Shown one piece after another: positions 1 through 8,093 of a DNA stretch of 64,000 nt (position 1 is its first letter; each line of letters starts with the position of its first letter). The notes below the pieces were generated by a model. That model made no database searches, had not been told where the DNA came from, and was given only the letters and a program-made list of their open reading frames with translations. This DNA is from Candidatus Tayloriibacteriota bacterium (GTDB lineage: Bacteria > Patescibacteriota > Minisyncoccia > Phycocordibacterales > UBA6065), in contig JACRJQ010000008.1 in NCBI GenBank assembly GCA_016215405.1, positions 25,866 through 89,865 of the forward strand, in the 5' to 3' direction. Made by a program: the position numbers and the translations under genes.

Positions 1-1538
1 ACCGGCCTCTCGCGCCTCTCAAGAGGCCTCTGTGGGTCTCTCTGTCCGTCCCTGTGTCCCTCTCTCCGGGCTTCCCCCGTCTGCTCGCGAGACGGGTCGC
101 GCGGGCGGTCTCCGCCGCCCTGAGGCGGTCGCGGCCTCTCAGGCGCTCGCGAAGGCTCGTCACGGCGCGGACGGTCTTCTTGCCTGCGCGGCGCAGGCAA
201 GGATCCTTCGGCGCGCCTCTCGGATTCCGCGGCGGCGCGGTCGAGCTCCTCGCTCGAGGTCTGCTTGCGCACCTGCTCTTCGACGATCGACCGTATCTGG
301 CCGAAATTAGCGCGCGAGCTCTCGACGACCTGCTCTCTGAAAGAGATCGTGGGCTCCGGTATAGGCGGAAGAGTGGTACCCGAGAACGGCTGTGAGCCGA
401 TGCCGTCTATCATGAGGCGCAGATATATCTGGGCGAACCCGAGGTTCACGATGTCTTCGGCGGTGAACTGCGGAGCGAATTCCTTTTCGAGGACCTCCGC
501 GTCGAACGAGCCTACGCGAAAGACGATCATGGTGCCCACGTTTCCGAATACGGCCGCGCGCACCTCCTCCGACATCTGCTCTATATACTGATGGGCTATC
601 GTGAGATTGAGCTTGTACTTCCTGGCCTCTGAAAGGATATCAGCGAAGGACTCGTTGGCGAACGACTGGAACTCGTCGACATAGAGATAGAACTGAGGAA
701 GGCCTCGAAGGACCTTCTCCGAGACGTCTGCGCGCGACATTGCTGCGAGATATATCTTGGTGATGAGCATCGCGCCGAGGAGGTTGGCGTTCGACTCTCC
801 CACGCGCCCTTTGGAGAGGTTCACGATGAGGATCTTCCTCTCGTCCATGAGCTTTCGTATGTCGAACGACGATTTCGGCTGGCCGATGATGTTGCGGATG
901 AGGGGGTTCGACGTGAACTGCCCGATCTTGTTCTGGATCGCAGGGGTCGCCTCGGCCGCGAACCTCTCGGTATATTTCGCGAACTCGTCGACCCAAAAGG
1001 ATTTGACCGCTGGATCGCTCACGTTATCGACCACTCTCTTGCGATAGTTCTTGTCGGAGAGCATCTTATTGACGCCCAAAAGGGTCGCGCCCGGATACTC
1101 GAGGAGGGCGAGAAGCGTGTTCGAGAGGATGTATTCCATTCGCGCCGACCACGCGTCCTCCCAGATCTTCTTGAAAGTCGACATGAGTCCCGAGACGACG
1201 AGATGCCTCTTGTCGTAGCCAACGTCCTCCATCACGTTGAAAGAGATCGGATGCTCGATATCGAACGGGGCGAAATAGAGGACGTCCTTTATGCGGTCCT
1301 CAGGGACGTAGTTGAGGAGGAGTTCAGCGGTCTTGCCGTGAGGGTCGATGAAGCAGAGGCCTTCCCCGCCCTGGATGTCCTGGACTGCCATGTTCTCGAG
1401 GAGGGTCGACTTGCCCATACCCGTCTTACCGATGACGTACATATGGCGCGTCCTATCCTTGGCTTTTATGCCGAATTTTATCCTCTTGTTGCGCGAATCC
1501 GTCTCCGCGAAATATGTGACCTTGTCGTCGCTCGTCAT
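1..1538 (-). CDS. P-loop NTPase of the TraG/TraD/VirD4 (type IV secretion coupling protein) or DUF87/HerA-like family. N-terminal Walker A, and a long Arg/Pro/Glu/Asp-rich low-complexity C-terminal tail. The 3' end of the gene lies beyond window coordinate 1.
   Basis: Translated by hand on the minus strand from ATG at 1538. MTSDDKVTYFAETDSRNKRIKFGIKAKDRTRHMYVIGKTGMGKSTLLENMAVQDIQGGEGLCFIDPHGKTAELL, then ...FYLYVDEFQSFANESFADILSEARKYKLNLTIAHQYIEQM (Walker B DEF followed by the E-A-R-K-Y and AHQ motifs typical of coupling ATPases). There are no stops down to position 1. The codon usage matches the genome. The ORF is absent from the track because its stop codon lies outside the window. Confidence 0.6.
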   Translation of the reverse strand, partial: MTSDDKVTYFAETDSRNKRIKFGIKAKDRTRHMYVIGKTGMGKSTLLENMAVQDIQGGEGLCFIDPHGKTAELLLNYVPEDRIKDVLYFAPFDIEHPISFNVMEDVGYDKRHLVVSGLMSTFKKIWEDAWSARMEYILSNTLLALLEYPGATLLGVNKMLSDKNYRKRVVDNVSDPAVKSFWVDEFAKYTERFAAEATPAIQNKIGQFTSNPLIRNIIGQPKSSFDIRKLMDERKILIVNLSKGRVGESNANLLGAMLITKIYLAAMSRADVSEKVLRGLPQFYLYVDEFQSFANESFADILSEARKYKLNLTIAHQYIEQMSEEVRAAVFGNVGTMIVFRVGSFDAEVLEKEFAPQFTAEDIVNLGFAQIYLRLMIDGIGSQPFSGTTLPPIPEPTISFREQVVESSRANFGQIRSIVEEQVRKQTSSEELDRAAAESERRAEGSLPAPRRQEDRPRRDEPSRAPERPRPPQGGGDRPRDPSREQTGEARREGHRDGQRDPQRPLERRERP

Positions 1539-1627
1539 TCGCCCAATTATGCCATTTTCCCGCCTAGAGATAAAGAAAAGCGGCACGCCAGGGGTAAGCT
1601 GGCGCGCCGCGCGTATAAAACGTCACG

Positions 1628-1846
1628 CTACTGATTGGCCATCGCCATTCGCGACTCCTGGTGGGCGAGCGCATCGTCCGCGAGGATCTGCATCGTCGCA
1701 ACCCTGCCACGGATTCGGGCGCAGCCCCGCTCGAAGTCTTCCCTCATCCAATCCGGCATTCCGGACATGGGTTTCGGGTCTTCGGCGGGAACCGCGGCCT
1801 CTTCCGAGGTATGGGTTTCTTGGCTGGCGGCCTGTGGTGACTTCAT
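1628..1846 (-). CDS. Hypothetical small protein (72 aa) just upstream of, and co-directional with, the TraG-like gene.
   Basis: ORF MKSPQAASQETHTSEEAAVPAEDPKPMSGMPDWMREDFERGCARIRGRVATMQILADDALAHQESRMAMANQ. High GC3 codon usage like neighbouring genes. No homology recognised. Confidence 0.25.
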   Translation of the reverse strand: MKSPQAASQETHTSEEAAVPAEDPKPMSGMPDWMREDFERGCARIRGRVATMQILADDALAHQESRMAMANQ

Positions 1847-2051
1847 GGTATTTCCAACTGCTGTCGAGTGTGCATGTCGTCTCTCTCCGAAAGGATCGAT
1901 CGGCCTCCGGAGAGAGGTCCCGAAAACGCTCGAGACTCCGATATAGTACTCCTCTCCCGCCCTTTGTCTAGGGTGGGTATCCACGAGACGCGATGGAAGG
2001 AAAAACGAAAGCCGTCCTAGGTAAGGACGGCTCGGAAGGGCGCGGCAGGCG

Positions 2052-2426
2052 TCACTTCGCGGGGATGAAAGGCGCGTCGATGCGCGGCCTCTCTGGCATC
2101 CGGCCGAGTCCCGGATAAGGCGACCCTTGAGGCGTCCGTGGACGGGCGAGGAGCTCGCGCTTGCGCGCTTGAGCCTCGCTGTTCCCTTCGACGCATCTCG
2201 TGCAGAGCGTCCGATCGAACTCGTGCTCGCACTTCCATCGCCTGCACTGAGGACACTGGCGCCGAAGGCTCCGGTAATCCTTCTCGATACGGTGAACGAG
2301 CGGGATAAGGAGGATGGGTATCGCCAGAAGGACCGTGCGGTCCCAAAAGTAAGCGAAGGCGATGACAGCGAGGACGAAGAGCACGCAGGAGTGCTTCGTG
2401 AATCGGTTCCAAGGCAGTTTTTTCAT
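2052..2426 (-). CDS. Small membrane protein with a C-terminal Cys-rich zinc ribbon.
   Basis: MKKLPWNRFTKHSCVLFVLAVIAFAYFWDRTVLLAIPILLIPLV (TM helix), then CPQCRRWKCEHEFDRTLCTRC. The codon usage is typical of the genome. Confidence 0.5.
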   Translation of the reverse strand: MKKLPWNRFTKHSCVLFVLAVIAFAYFWDRTVLLAIPILLIPLVHRIEKDYRSLRRQCPQCRRWKCEHEFDRTLCTRCVEGNSEAQARKRELLARPRTPQGSPYPGLGRMPERPRIDAPFIPAK

Positions 2427-2507
2427 GATGTCGGTCTCCGAACAGTGGGTTGGTAGCAAAAAGAGCTAGACTACTATTATATCATGATTAGAGCCTATCC
2501 GCAATAG

Positions 2508-3758
2508 CTAGATCTGCGGCTCGAGCGCGGCGCGGGTGTATCTATTCCCTGCGTTCCAGAGGAGCCACGAGTCGAGGCCCGCGTCGTACGCCGCGCGTAT
2601 CTGATCGCGAACCATCTCGGCCGTATAGGGTACGGGGTAATTATTATCCTGAAGCCACGGACGGATCTTCTTCGGATCGAATGAGGGCTTGGCGTATATC
2701 GCGGGCGTAGAGGTGCCTATGCGGGCGCCAGGCAGGGCGACCCGGGTCGTCGTAGCGACGGCGCGCGCGACCGCCCTGTCCATAGAATATTTGACCACCT
2801 CGTAGACGTGCGCGTTCGGGTCTCCGAGGCCAAGAAAGCTCTTCGGATAGTGGGACGGATAGACCATGGGCGCTATGTAGTGGAAATTCGGCAGCGCCTT
2901 CTCTAGTATCTGACCGATATTGAGGTCATCCTCGTTCGTCGCGGTCATGCCGAAGAGGTCGGCCGAGATGACCATCTTCGATGAGAGCTTGCCCCAGATA
3001 TATTCATAGAACTCGCGCATGACCTCGCTCTTCTCTTTCGATCCCGCCCATGGATAGGAGATATCCCTCATGTCGCCATCCGACGGGAATCGGATGTAAT
3101 CGAAATTTATCTCGTCGAATCCGATGGCGTAGGATTCTTCGGCGATGAGGACCAGATAGTCCCAATGCTCCTTCGCCCCCGCGTCTATCCACGGGATGCC
3201 CTTGTGGTCCCGCCAGACCGTCGACGTCGCGGACGCCTTCTTTACCGCGAGCTCGGGCCTCGCCTTCACCATGAAGGCGTCCTGGAAGGCGGCCACGCGA
3301 CCGATGACATAGATGCCTCGCGCATGAAGCTCGTCTATGAGGTCTTGCATGTCTCTGACAAAGCAGTCCCCTTTCGCGGCGGGTTTCAGAGCTTCCGACT
3401 CGGGCATAAAGGAGATGAATCCGTCATAGGTCTTTATGTCGACCACGACGGAGTTTAGCTCGGTCTCGTCGATGAGCTTCATGAGGTTGTTGCGCAGAGA
3501 CGGCGTAGACGCTACGCAGGAGGTCATGTAGATGCCGCGCACCGCCGAAGGCGTCGCGACGTGGGTCGCCTTTCGTACGTCTATCGCGGGCTCGGGCGCC
3601 GTAGTAGTCGCGACCTCGATCGCCGAGGCTCCGTGATAGGTGAGGTCGGAGAGTGGAGGCACCCCTATATAGAGGAAGGTAAAGGCAAAAACAAAGAGCG
3701 AGGCGAAGCTCACTCCTATCCTCCACGCCCTTACGCTCTCTTTGGTCCTCGCTCTCAA
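2508..3758 (-). CDS. Membrane-anchored putative glycoside hydrolase-like protein (GHL10/DUF187-type TIM barrel).
   Basis: 416 aa. N-terminal TM anchor (GVSFASLFVFAFTFLYIGV). Motifs GIYVIGRVAAFQD, GFDEINFDYIRFP and WLLWNAGN are reminiscent of the YngK/GHL10 family. Confidence 0.45.
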   Translation of the reverse strand: MRARTKESVRAWRIGVSFASLFVFAFTFLYIGVPPLSDLTYHGASAIEVATTTAPEPAIDVRKATHVATPSAVRGIYMTSCVASTPSLRNNLMKLIDETELNSVVVDIKTYDGFISFMPESEALKPAAKGDCFVRDMQDLIDELHARGIYVIGRVAAFQDAFMVKARPELAVKKASATSTVWRDHKGIPWIDAGAKEHWDYLVLIAEESYAIGFDEINFDYIRFPSDGDMRDISYPWAGSKEKSEVMREFYEYIWGKLSSKMVISADLFGMTATNEDDLNIGQILEKALPNFHYIAPMVYPSHYPKSFLGLGDPNAHVYEVVKYSMDRAVARAVATTTRVALPGARIGTSTPAIYAKPSFDPKKIRPWLQDNNYPVPYTAEMVRDQIRAAYDAGLDSWLLWNAGNRYTRAALEPQI

Positions 3759-3770
3759 GAGATTTTCAAA

Positions 3771-3983
3771 TTAAGCCTGTGTTTCCGAGACCGGCGACTT
3801 TTCTACGGGAGCTGGCGCCTCCGCCCTCGCCCTCTGAGGCTCTTTGCCGGAAAGGTAAGAGAACGCCATGACGAGAAGCCCTAAAGCGATATAGAAGACG
3901 TCGTCCCATGCCCTCGGAAAGCCGAGGAACTGAAGGATCAGGACTACGAAGCCGAGCAAGACGAGGATGTTTCTGAATCTCAT
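3771..3983 (-). CDS. Small membrane protein (70 aa).
   Basis: MRFRNILVLLGFVVLILQFLGFPRAWDDVFYIALGLLVMAFSYL. Two predicted TM helices. Genome-typical codons. Confidence 0.4.
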   Translation of the reverse strand: MRFRNILVLLGFVVLILQFLGFPRAWDDVFYIALGLLVMAFSYLSGKEPQRARAEAPAPVEKSPVSETQA

Positions 3984-4021
3984 AGGGATCTTTAAGCGAT
4001 TATTGCCGCTAGTATAGCGCC

Positions 4022-4723
4022 TTACTCCTCGGGCGAAAAGGGTTTCGCCTCCCTCTCGGCGCTCACGATGACGACGAATTCTCCGCGCAGGGTGCTGGGA
4101 TTGTTCTTAAACGACAGAAGGATCTCTTCCGCTGTGCCCGAAAGATAGGATTCGTACATCTTGGTGAGCTCGCGCAGTATCGTCACGTTCTTGCCCGAAC
4201 CCTTAAGCGACTCGAGCGCCTTCTCTATGCGATGCGGCGACTCGTAGAAGATATACGGCCTCTCGCCCGTCCTAATCTCCTCAAAGAGGGTCTGGCGGCC
4301 CTTCTTGTGCGGCAAGAATCCCAAGAAGACGAATTCGTGGAGGGGCCTGCCTGCGACGGATATCGCTGCGGTCAATGCCGAAGGCCCCGGAACGGCGACT
4401 ACCGGCACGTCGGGAAGGCGCGATCTCACTTCCGAGACGAGAAGCATCCCCGGATCCGATATCCCCGGAGTGCCCGCGTCGGTCACGAGCGCGATATCCT
4501 TGCCCGCTTCGAGAAGCTCGATGACGCGGTCCATCTTCGAAAGAGGGCTCTGGGCGTGAAAGCTCTCGGTCGCCGTCCGTATGTCGTATTTGGAGAAGAG
4601 CACCCGGGACGTACGCGTATCCTCGCAGAACACGACGGAAACCTCTTTAAGCACGCGCAAAGCGCGCAAGGTGACGTCCTCGAGGTTTCCTATCGGCGTA
4701 GCGACTATATAGAGAGTAGCCAT
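4022..4723 (-). CDS. rsmI: 16S rRNA (cytidine1402-2'-O)-methyltransferase RsmI.
   Basis: MATLYIVATPIGNLEDVTLRALRVLKEVSVVFCEDTRTSRVL...LVTDAGTPGISDPG. Canonical RsmI/tetrapyrrole-methylase-like motifs. The start was moved to the internal Met at 4723. Confidence 0.9.
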   Translation of the reverse strand: MATLYIVATPIGNLEDVTLRALRVLKEVSVVFCEDTRTSRVLFSKYDIRTATESFHAQSPLSKMDRVIELLEAGKDIALVTDAGTPGISDPGMLLVSEVRSRLPDVPVVAVPGPSALTAAISVAGRPLHEFVFLGFLPHKKGRQTLFEEIRTGERPYIFYESPHRIEKALESLKGSGKNVTILRELTKMYESYLSGTAEEILLSFKNNPSTLRGEFVVIVSAEREAKPFSPEE

Positions 4724-4750
4724 AGCGTATGGGGTAAGTATACTATCAAT

Positions 4751-5959
4751 GTGATAGTAAACCTCCAAAAGCCCGTCGTCTACGTCACGCGCGACATCGA
4801 GCGAGCTTTAGGCATGGAGCCTTCAGGGAGCTACTTCGTCATATCGAACGATACGGCATACGGCAGGAAGGTCCGGGAAGCGTATCCTGACAACGTCCTG
4901 CTCGTCCGCGACCGAGGCGAAACCTCGGTAAAAGATACCGAGGTTTCGCCTCGGTATCTCGATACATACGATCTCCTGCTCATGCCCGAGGTGCAGAGGG
5001 AAATCTCAGACCGCGACGCCGACCTCCTCGTATTCCAGAACACCCCCCGCATCGAAAGGCTCGCCAAAGAGAAGGGCTGGAGCCTCCTCAACCCGTCGGC
5101 CATGCTCTCGCGCGAGGTCGAAGAGAAGGTCTCCCAGGTGGCATGGCTCGGCGAGGACGCCTCTCTCCTGCCCCCTCACCGCATCGCGCTCGCAAAGGAC
5201 GCGAGGTTCGAAGGCGCGAAGTTCGTGCTGCAGTGGAACCACTCACATACAGGAGAAGGCACCTATGTCATAGATTCGGCCGAAGCACTCTCTTCTGTAG
5301 CCTCGAGATTCCCGGATCGAGAATGCCGGATAACGAGATTCGTCGAGGGGCCGGTATTCACCGTGAACTCGGTCGTCGCGGAGGCGATCATCGTCGGAAA
5401 CCCGAGCTATCAGATAACCGGCCTCGCGCCCTTCACCGACCTTCCCTTCTCTACCATAGGCAACGACTGGGACCTTCCCCGCGACGAAGAGTACGCGGCG
5501 GTGAGCGAGGAGGTCCGTAAGATGGCGATCCGTGTCGGAGAGAGGCTCCGGCTCTCGGGCTGGTACGGGCTCTTCGGCATCGACGCCGTCTACGACGAGA
5601 AAGCCGGAAAGACATATCTCCTCGAGATAAACGCGCGCCAGCCCGCCTCGACCACGCTCGAATCGAAGCTCCAGAAGAGCGACTCTATATTCGAAGCCCA
5701 CCTCTCTGCGCTCCTCGGCCTTCCGGCTGCGAGCGGTCCGGAGATACGAGGGGCGCAGATCGTAAAGCGCGTCACCCGAGAGGCTTATTCCATAGACGAA
5801 GCCGCCCTCTCGGATAAGGGCCTCTCCCTCATCGGATACGAGAACACCGAGCACAACAAGGAGATCCTGCGCATCCAATCCGAGAGAGGTATAATGAGAG
5901 CCCACAACAAGCTCAACGACCTAGGGATATCCATAGCATCATGCATCCGCAAGATATAG
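4751..5959 (+). CDS. ATP-grasp domain protein (peptide/amide ligase-like).
   Basis: C-terminal ATP-grasp signature LSGWYGLFGIDAVYDEKAGKTYLLEINARQPAST. The start is uncertain (GTG 4751 or ATG ~4812). The upstream part of the track ORF (4232-4750) overlaps rsmI and is not coding. Confidence 0.7.
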   Translation: MIVNLQKPVVYVTRDIERALGMEPSGSYFVISNDTAYGRKVREAYPDNVLLVRDRGETSVKDTEVSPRYLDTYDLLLMPEVQREISDRDADLLVFQNTPRIERLAKEKGWSLLNPSAMLSREVEEKVSQVAWLGEDASLLPPHRIALAKDARFEGAKFVLQWNHSHTGEGTYVIDSAEALSSVASRFPDRECRITRFVEGPVFTVNSVVAEAIIVGNPSYQITGLAPFTDLPFSTIGNDWDLPRDEEYAAVSEEVRKMAIRVGERLRLSGWYGLFGIDAVYDEKAGKTYLLEINARQPASTTLESKLQKSDSIFEAHLSALLGLPAASGPEIRGAQIVKRVTREAYSIDEAALSDKGLSLIGYENTEHNKEILRIQSERGIMRAHNKLNDLGISIASCIRKI

Positions 5960-6744
5960 ATACGGAAAAGACGGGAAGCTCAAAGCTCGAAGGCAAAGCC
6001 CGCGCCGTCGTGGATTCCTACCTCGCCTTGCCTCTCGGCACCAAGCCTTCTTGCCCCTATTTCAACAATCGCAGGCGCAAAGGGCGCGGAGGGCTGCGCG
6101 TCCTCGTCGGGAAAGGCGCGCCGGAGGAGATCGCGGGAGAGGCGGAGATATTCGCGCTCCGGCAAAGGATAAAGCTCAACCTTCTCTCGACCGATAAGCT
6201 CAAAGAGTTCCTCTGCGAAAACGACCTCGGCGTCGATTGCTCCGGTTTCGCCTATCATGCGCTCGATGCGCTCTGTCGGGAAAAGAGAGGAAGGGGCATA
6301 CAGAGCTTCGTGAAGTCGAATAGAACAGGAATCCTCGGAAAGATCCTCGCGAGGCTGCGCCCTGCCGAGAACCTCGGGGTGAGCTCCTTCAGAAACGACA
6401 AGAACGGCTCTGCCGTCAAAGTCAGAGACGCGATGCCCGGAGACCTCATCACCTTTATGGGCACGGGCCGCGACAAGACGTACAACCACATCCTCGTCAT
6501 AACAGGCGTCGATAGGCTCGGCGGCGATACGCGGCTCACCTACGCGCACTCCTACTCGTGGCCTTCGGACGGACTCTACGGCCACGGCGTCCGCGAGGGC
6601 GACATACTCGTCCACGGCGAAGACCTCCTCGGCGGGACATGGAAGGAACAGGGTCAGACCGGAAGCGACAACTATACGTTTACGAGCGCTCGCGACGCGA
6701 AAGAAGTCTCGCTGCGCCGGCTGAATTTCCTTGTTGAGAGATAA
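5941..6744 (+). CDS. Putative papain-like/NlpC-P60-like cysteine peptidase or amidase (Cys-His), overlapping the ATP-grasp gene by 19 nt.
   Basis: DLGVDCSGFAYHAL (candidate catalytic Cys) and downstream YNHILVITGVD (candidate His). The 19-nt overlap with the ATP-grasp gene suggests translational coupling. Confidence 0.4.
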   Translation: MHPQDIDTEKTGSSKLEGKARAVVDSYLALPLGTKPSCPYFNNRRRKGRGGLRVLVGKGAPEEIAGEAEIFALRQRIKLNLLSTDKLKEFLCENDLGVDCSGFAYHALDALCREKRGRGIQSFVKSNRTGILGKILARLRPAENLGVSSFRNDKNGSAVKVRDAMPGDLITFMGTGRDKTYNHILVITGVDRLGGDTRLTYAHSYSWPSDGLYGHGVREGDILVHGEDLLGGTWKEQGQTGSDNYTFTSARDAKEVSLRRLNFLVER

Positions 6745-6747
6745 TCT

Positions 6748-6775
6748 CGCCGCGCCGTAAGGCGCGGCTTTTTCT
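6748..6775 (+). terminator. Rho-independent terminator hairpin (GCCGCGCC-GTAA-GGCGCGGC + T-run).
   Basis: gccgcgccgtaaggcgcggctttttcttc, directly after the stop of the peptidase-like gene. Confidence 0.5.
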
Positions 6776-6785
6776 TCTCTTGCTA

Positions 6786-6882
6786 CCCCGCCGGATCCGC
6801 ATCCTCCTTTGCGAAGAACTGTCTGAGCCGAGTCCTCGAAGGCGAGTTCGGCAAGAAATAAGGCATGGATCGGCTGAAAGAA
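6786..6882 (+). repeat. Copy A of a ~95-nt conserved intergenic element (imperfect inverted repeat ending GGATCGGCTGAAAGAA), immediately downstream of a terminator and upstream of mraY.
   Basis: It aligns base-by-base with copies at 10712-10805 and 34295-34391. The shared core is ATCCGC..CTTTGCGA(A/G)GA..GTCTGAGCC..GAGG(A/G)CG..GCA..GAAA..GCGGATCGGCTAAAGAA. Confidence 0.55.
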
Positions 6883-6958
6883 AACGTTCGATTCAGAAGC
6901 CTATGAAAATTCATTCTAAACCTTCAAATTTGGCCCTTTCTGGCGTATACTCCACCTC

Positions 6959-8092
6959 ATGACCGACTTCCTCCCCACCCAGATACAAAGCCTCACCTCG
7001 CTCCTCGGCTGGGCCATCACATCGGCGCTTGTAGCCCTTATCTGGGCGCCTTTCCTTATAAAATATCTGCGCCTCTGGGGCATAACCAGGCAGAGCGCGG
7101 GGGACGCCACCATGGGCATGGAATCGCGCCAAGGCAAAGCCGCTACGCCTATCATGGGAGGCCTCCTCATAATACTCACGGTACTCCTCCTCACCTACTT
7201 CTGGAATTGGGAGAGGCGCTACACATGGGTGCCTATCGGCGTCCTGGGCATCTCAGCGCTCCTTGGCGCCGTCGACGACCTCCTCAACGTCTTCGGCTCC
7301 GAGCGCAGGCAGAGGTCTCTTTCCCAGACCTTTACCCTCATCCGCGTCCACAAACTCTGGTACGCGAAGCTCTGGCTCATCGTCACCTTGCCGTGGACGG
7401 TCTTCAAGAGAGCGACGACGATCTTCGGCTCCAAGCAGCGCCGCGGAGTGCTCGTGCACGAGAAGCTCCTTCTCCAATTCGCCGCCGGAGGAATATCGGC
7501 ATGGTGGATCTATTGGAAGCTCGGAGAGAGCTGGCAGAACATCTATGTGCCATGGCACGGCTATCTCGATATAGGGGTCCTCGTCGTGCCCCTTATAATC
7601 CTCATCGTCATGTTCACGGCGAACGCGGTTAACGTGTCCGACGGCATGGACGGCCTCGCCGGCGGCATGCTCATCCCGACTTTCGGCGCCCTCGCCTTCA
7701 TGGCGTGGGTATCCGGCTACAGCGAGCTCGCCGTCCTTAACTCAGTGACCGCCGGCGCTCTCCTCACCTATACCTATTTCAATATAAAGCCGGCCAGATT
7801 CCAGATGGGAGATGTAGGCAGCTTGGGCCTCGGCGGGCTCCTCGCCATAAACGCCCTCGCCACGAACTCGATGATCATCCTCCCTTTCATCGCCTTCATG
7901 TTCTACGCCGAAGCCCTGACGGTCATACTCCAGACGGTCGGACGCCACGTCTTCGGACGCCGCATATTTCGCATGGCTCCCCTCCATCACCATCTCGAGC
8001 TCCGCGGCTGGTCGGAAGAGAAGGTCATCATGCGCATGTGGGTCGTCCATCTTGGTTTCGTCGTCTTGGGCGTCTGGATAGGGCTCCACTAA
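6959..8092 (+). CDS. mraY: Phospho-N-acetylmuramoyl-pentapeptide transferase MraY.
   Basis: NAVNVSDGMDGLAGG, APLHHHLELRGW, 10 TM helices. Confidence 0.9.
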   Translation: MTDFLPTQIQSLTSLLGWAITSALVALIWAPFLIKYLRLWGITRQSAGDATMGMESRQGKAATPIMGGLLIILTVLLLTYFWNWERRYTWVPIGVLGISALLGAVDDLLNVFGSERRQRSLSQTFTLIRVHKLWYAKLWLIVTLPWTVFKRATTIFGSKQRRGVLVHEKLLLQFAAGGISAWWIYWKLGESWQNIYVPWHGYLDIGVLVVPLIILIVMFTANAVNVSDGMDGLAGGMLIPTFGALAFMAWVSGYSELAVLNSVTAGALLTYTYFNIKPARFQMGDVGSLGLGGLLAINALATNSMIILPFIAFMFYAEALTVILQTVGRHVFGRRIFRMAPLHHHLELRGWSEEKVIMRMWVVHLGFVVLGVWIGLH

Positions 8093-8093
8093 G

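Noticed and set aside
4232-4750. 5' extension of the ATP-grasp ORF.
   Set aside because: It overlaps rsmI on the opposite strand, and its Arg/Gly-rich sequence is not protein-like. The true start is near 4751-4812.
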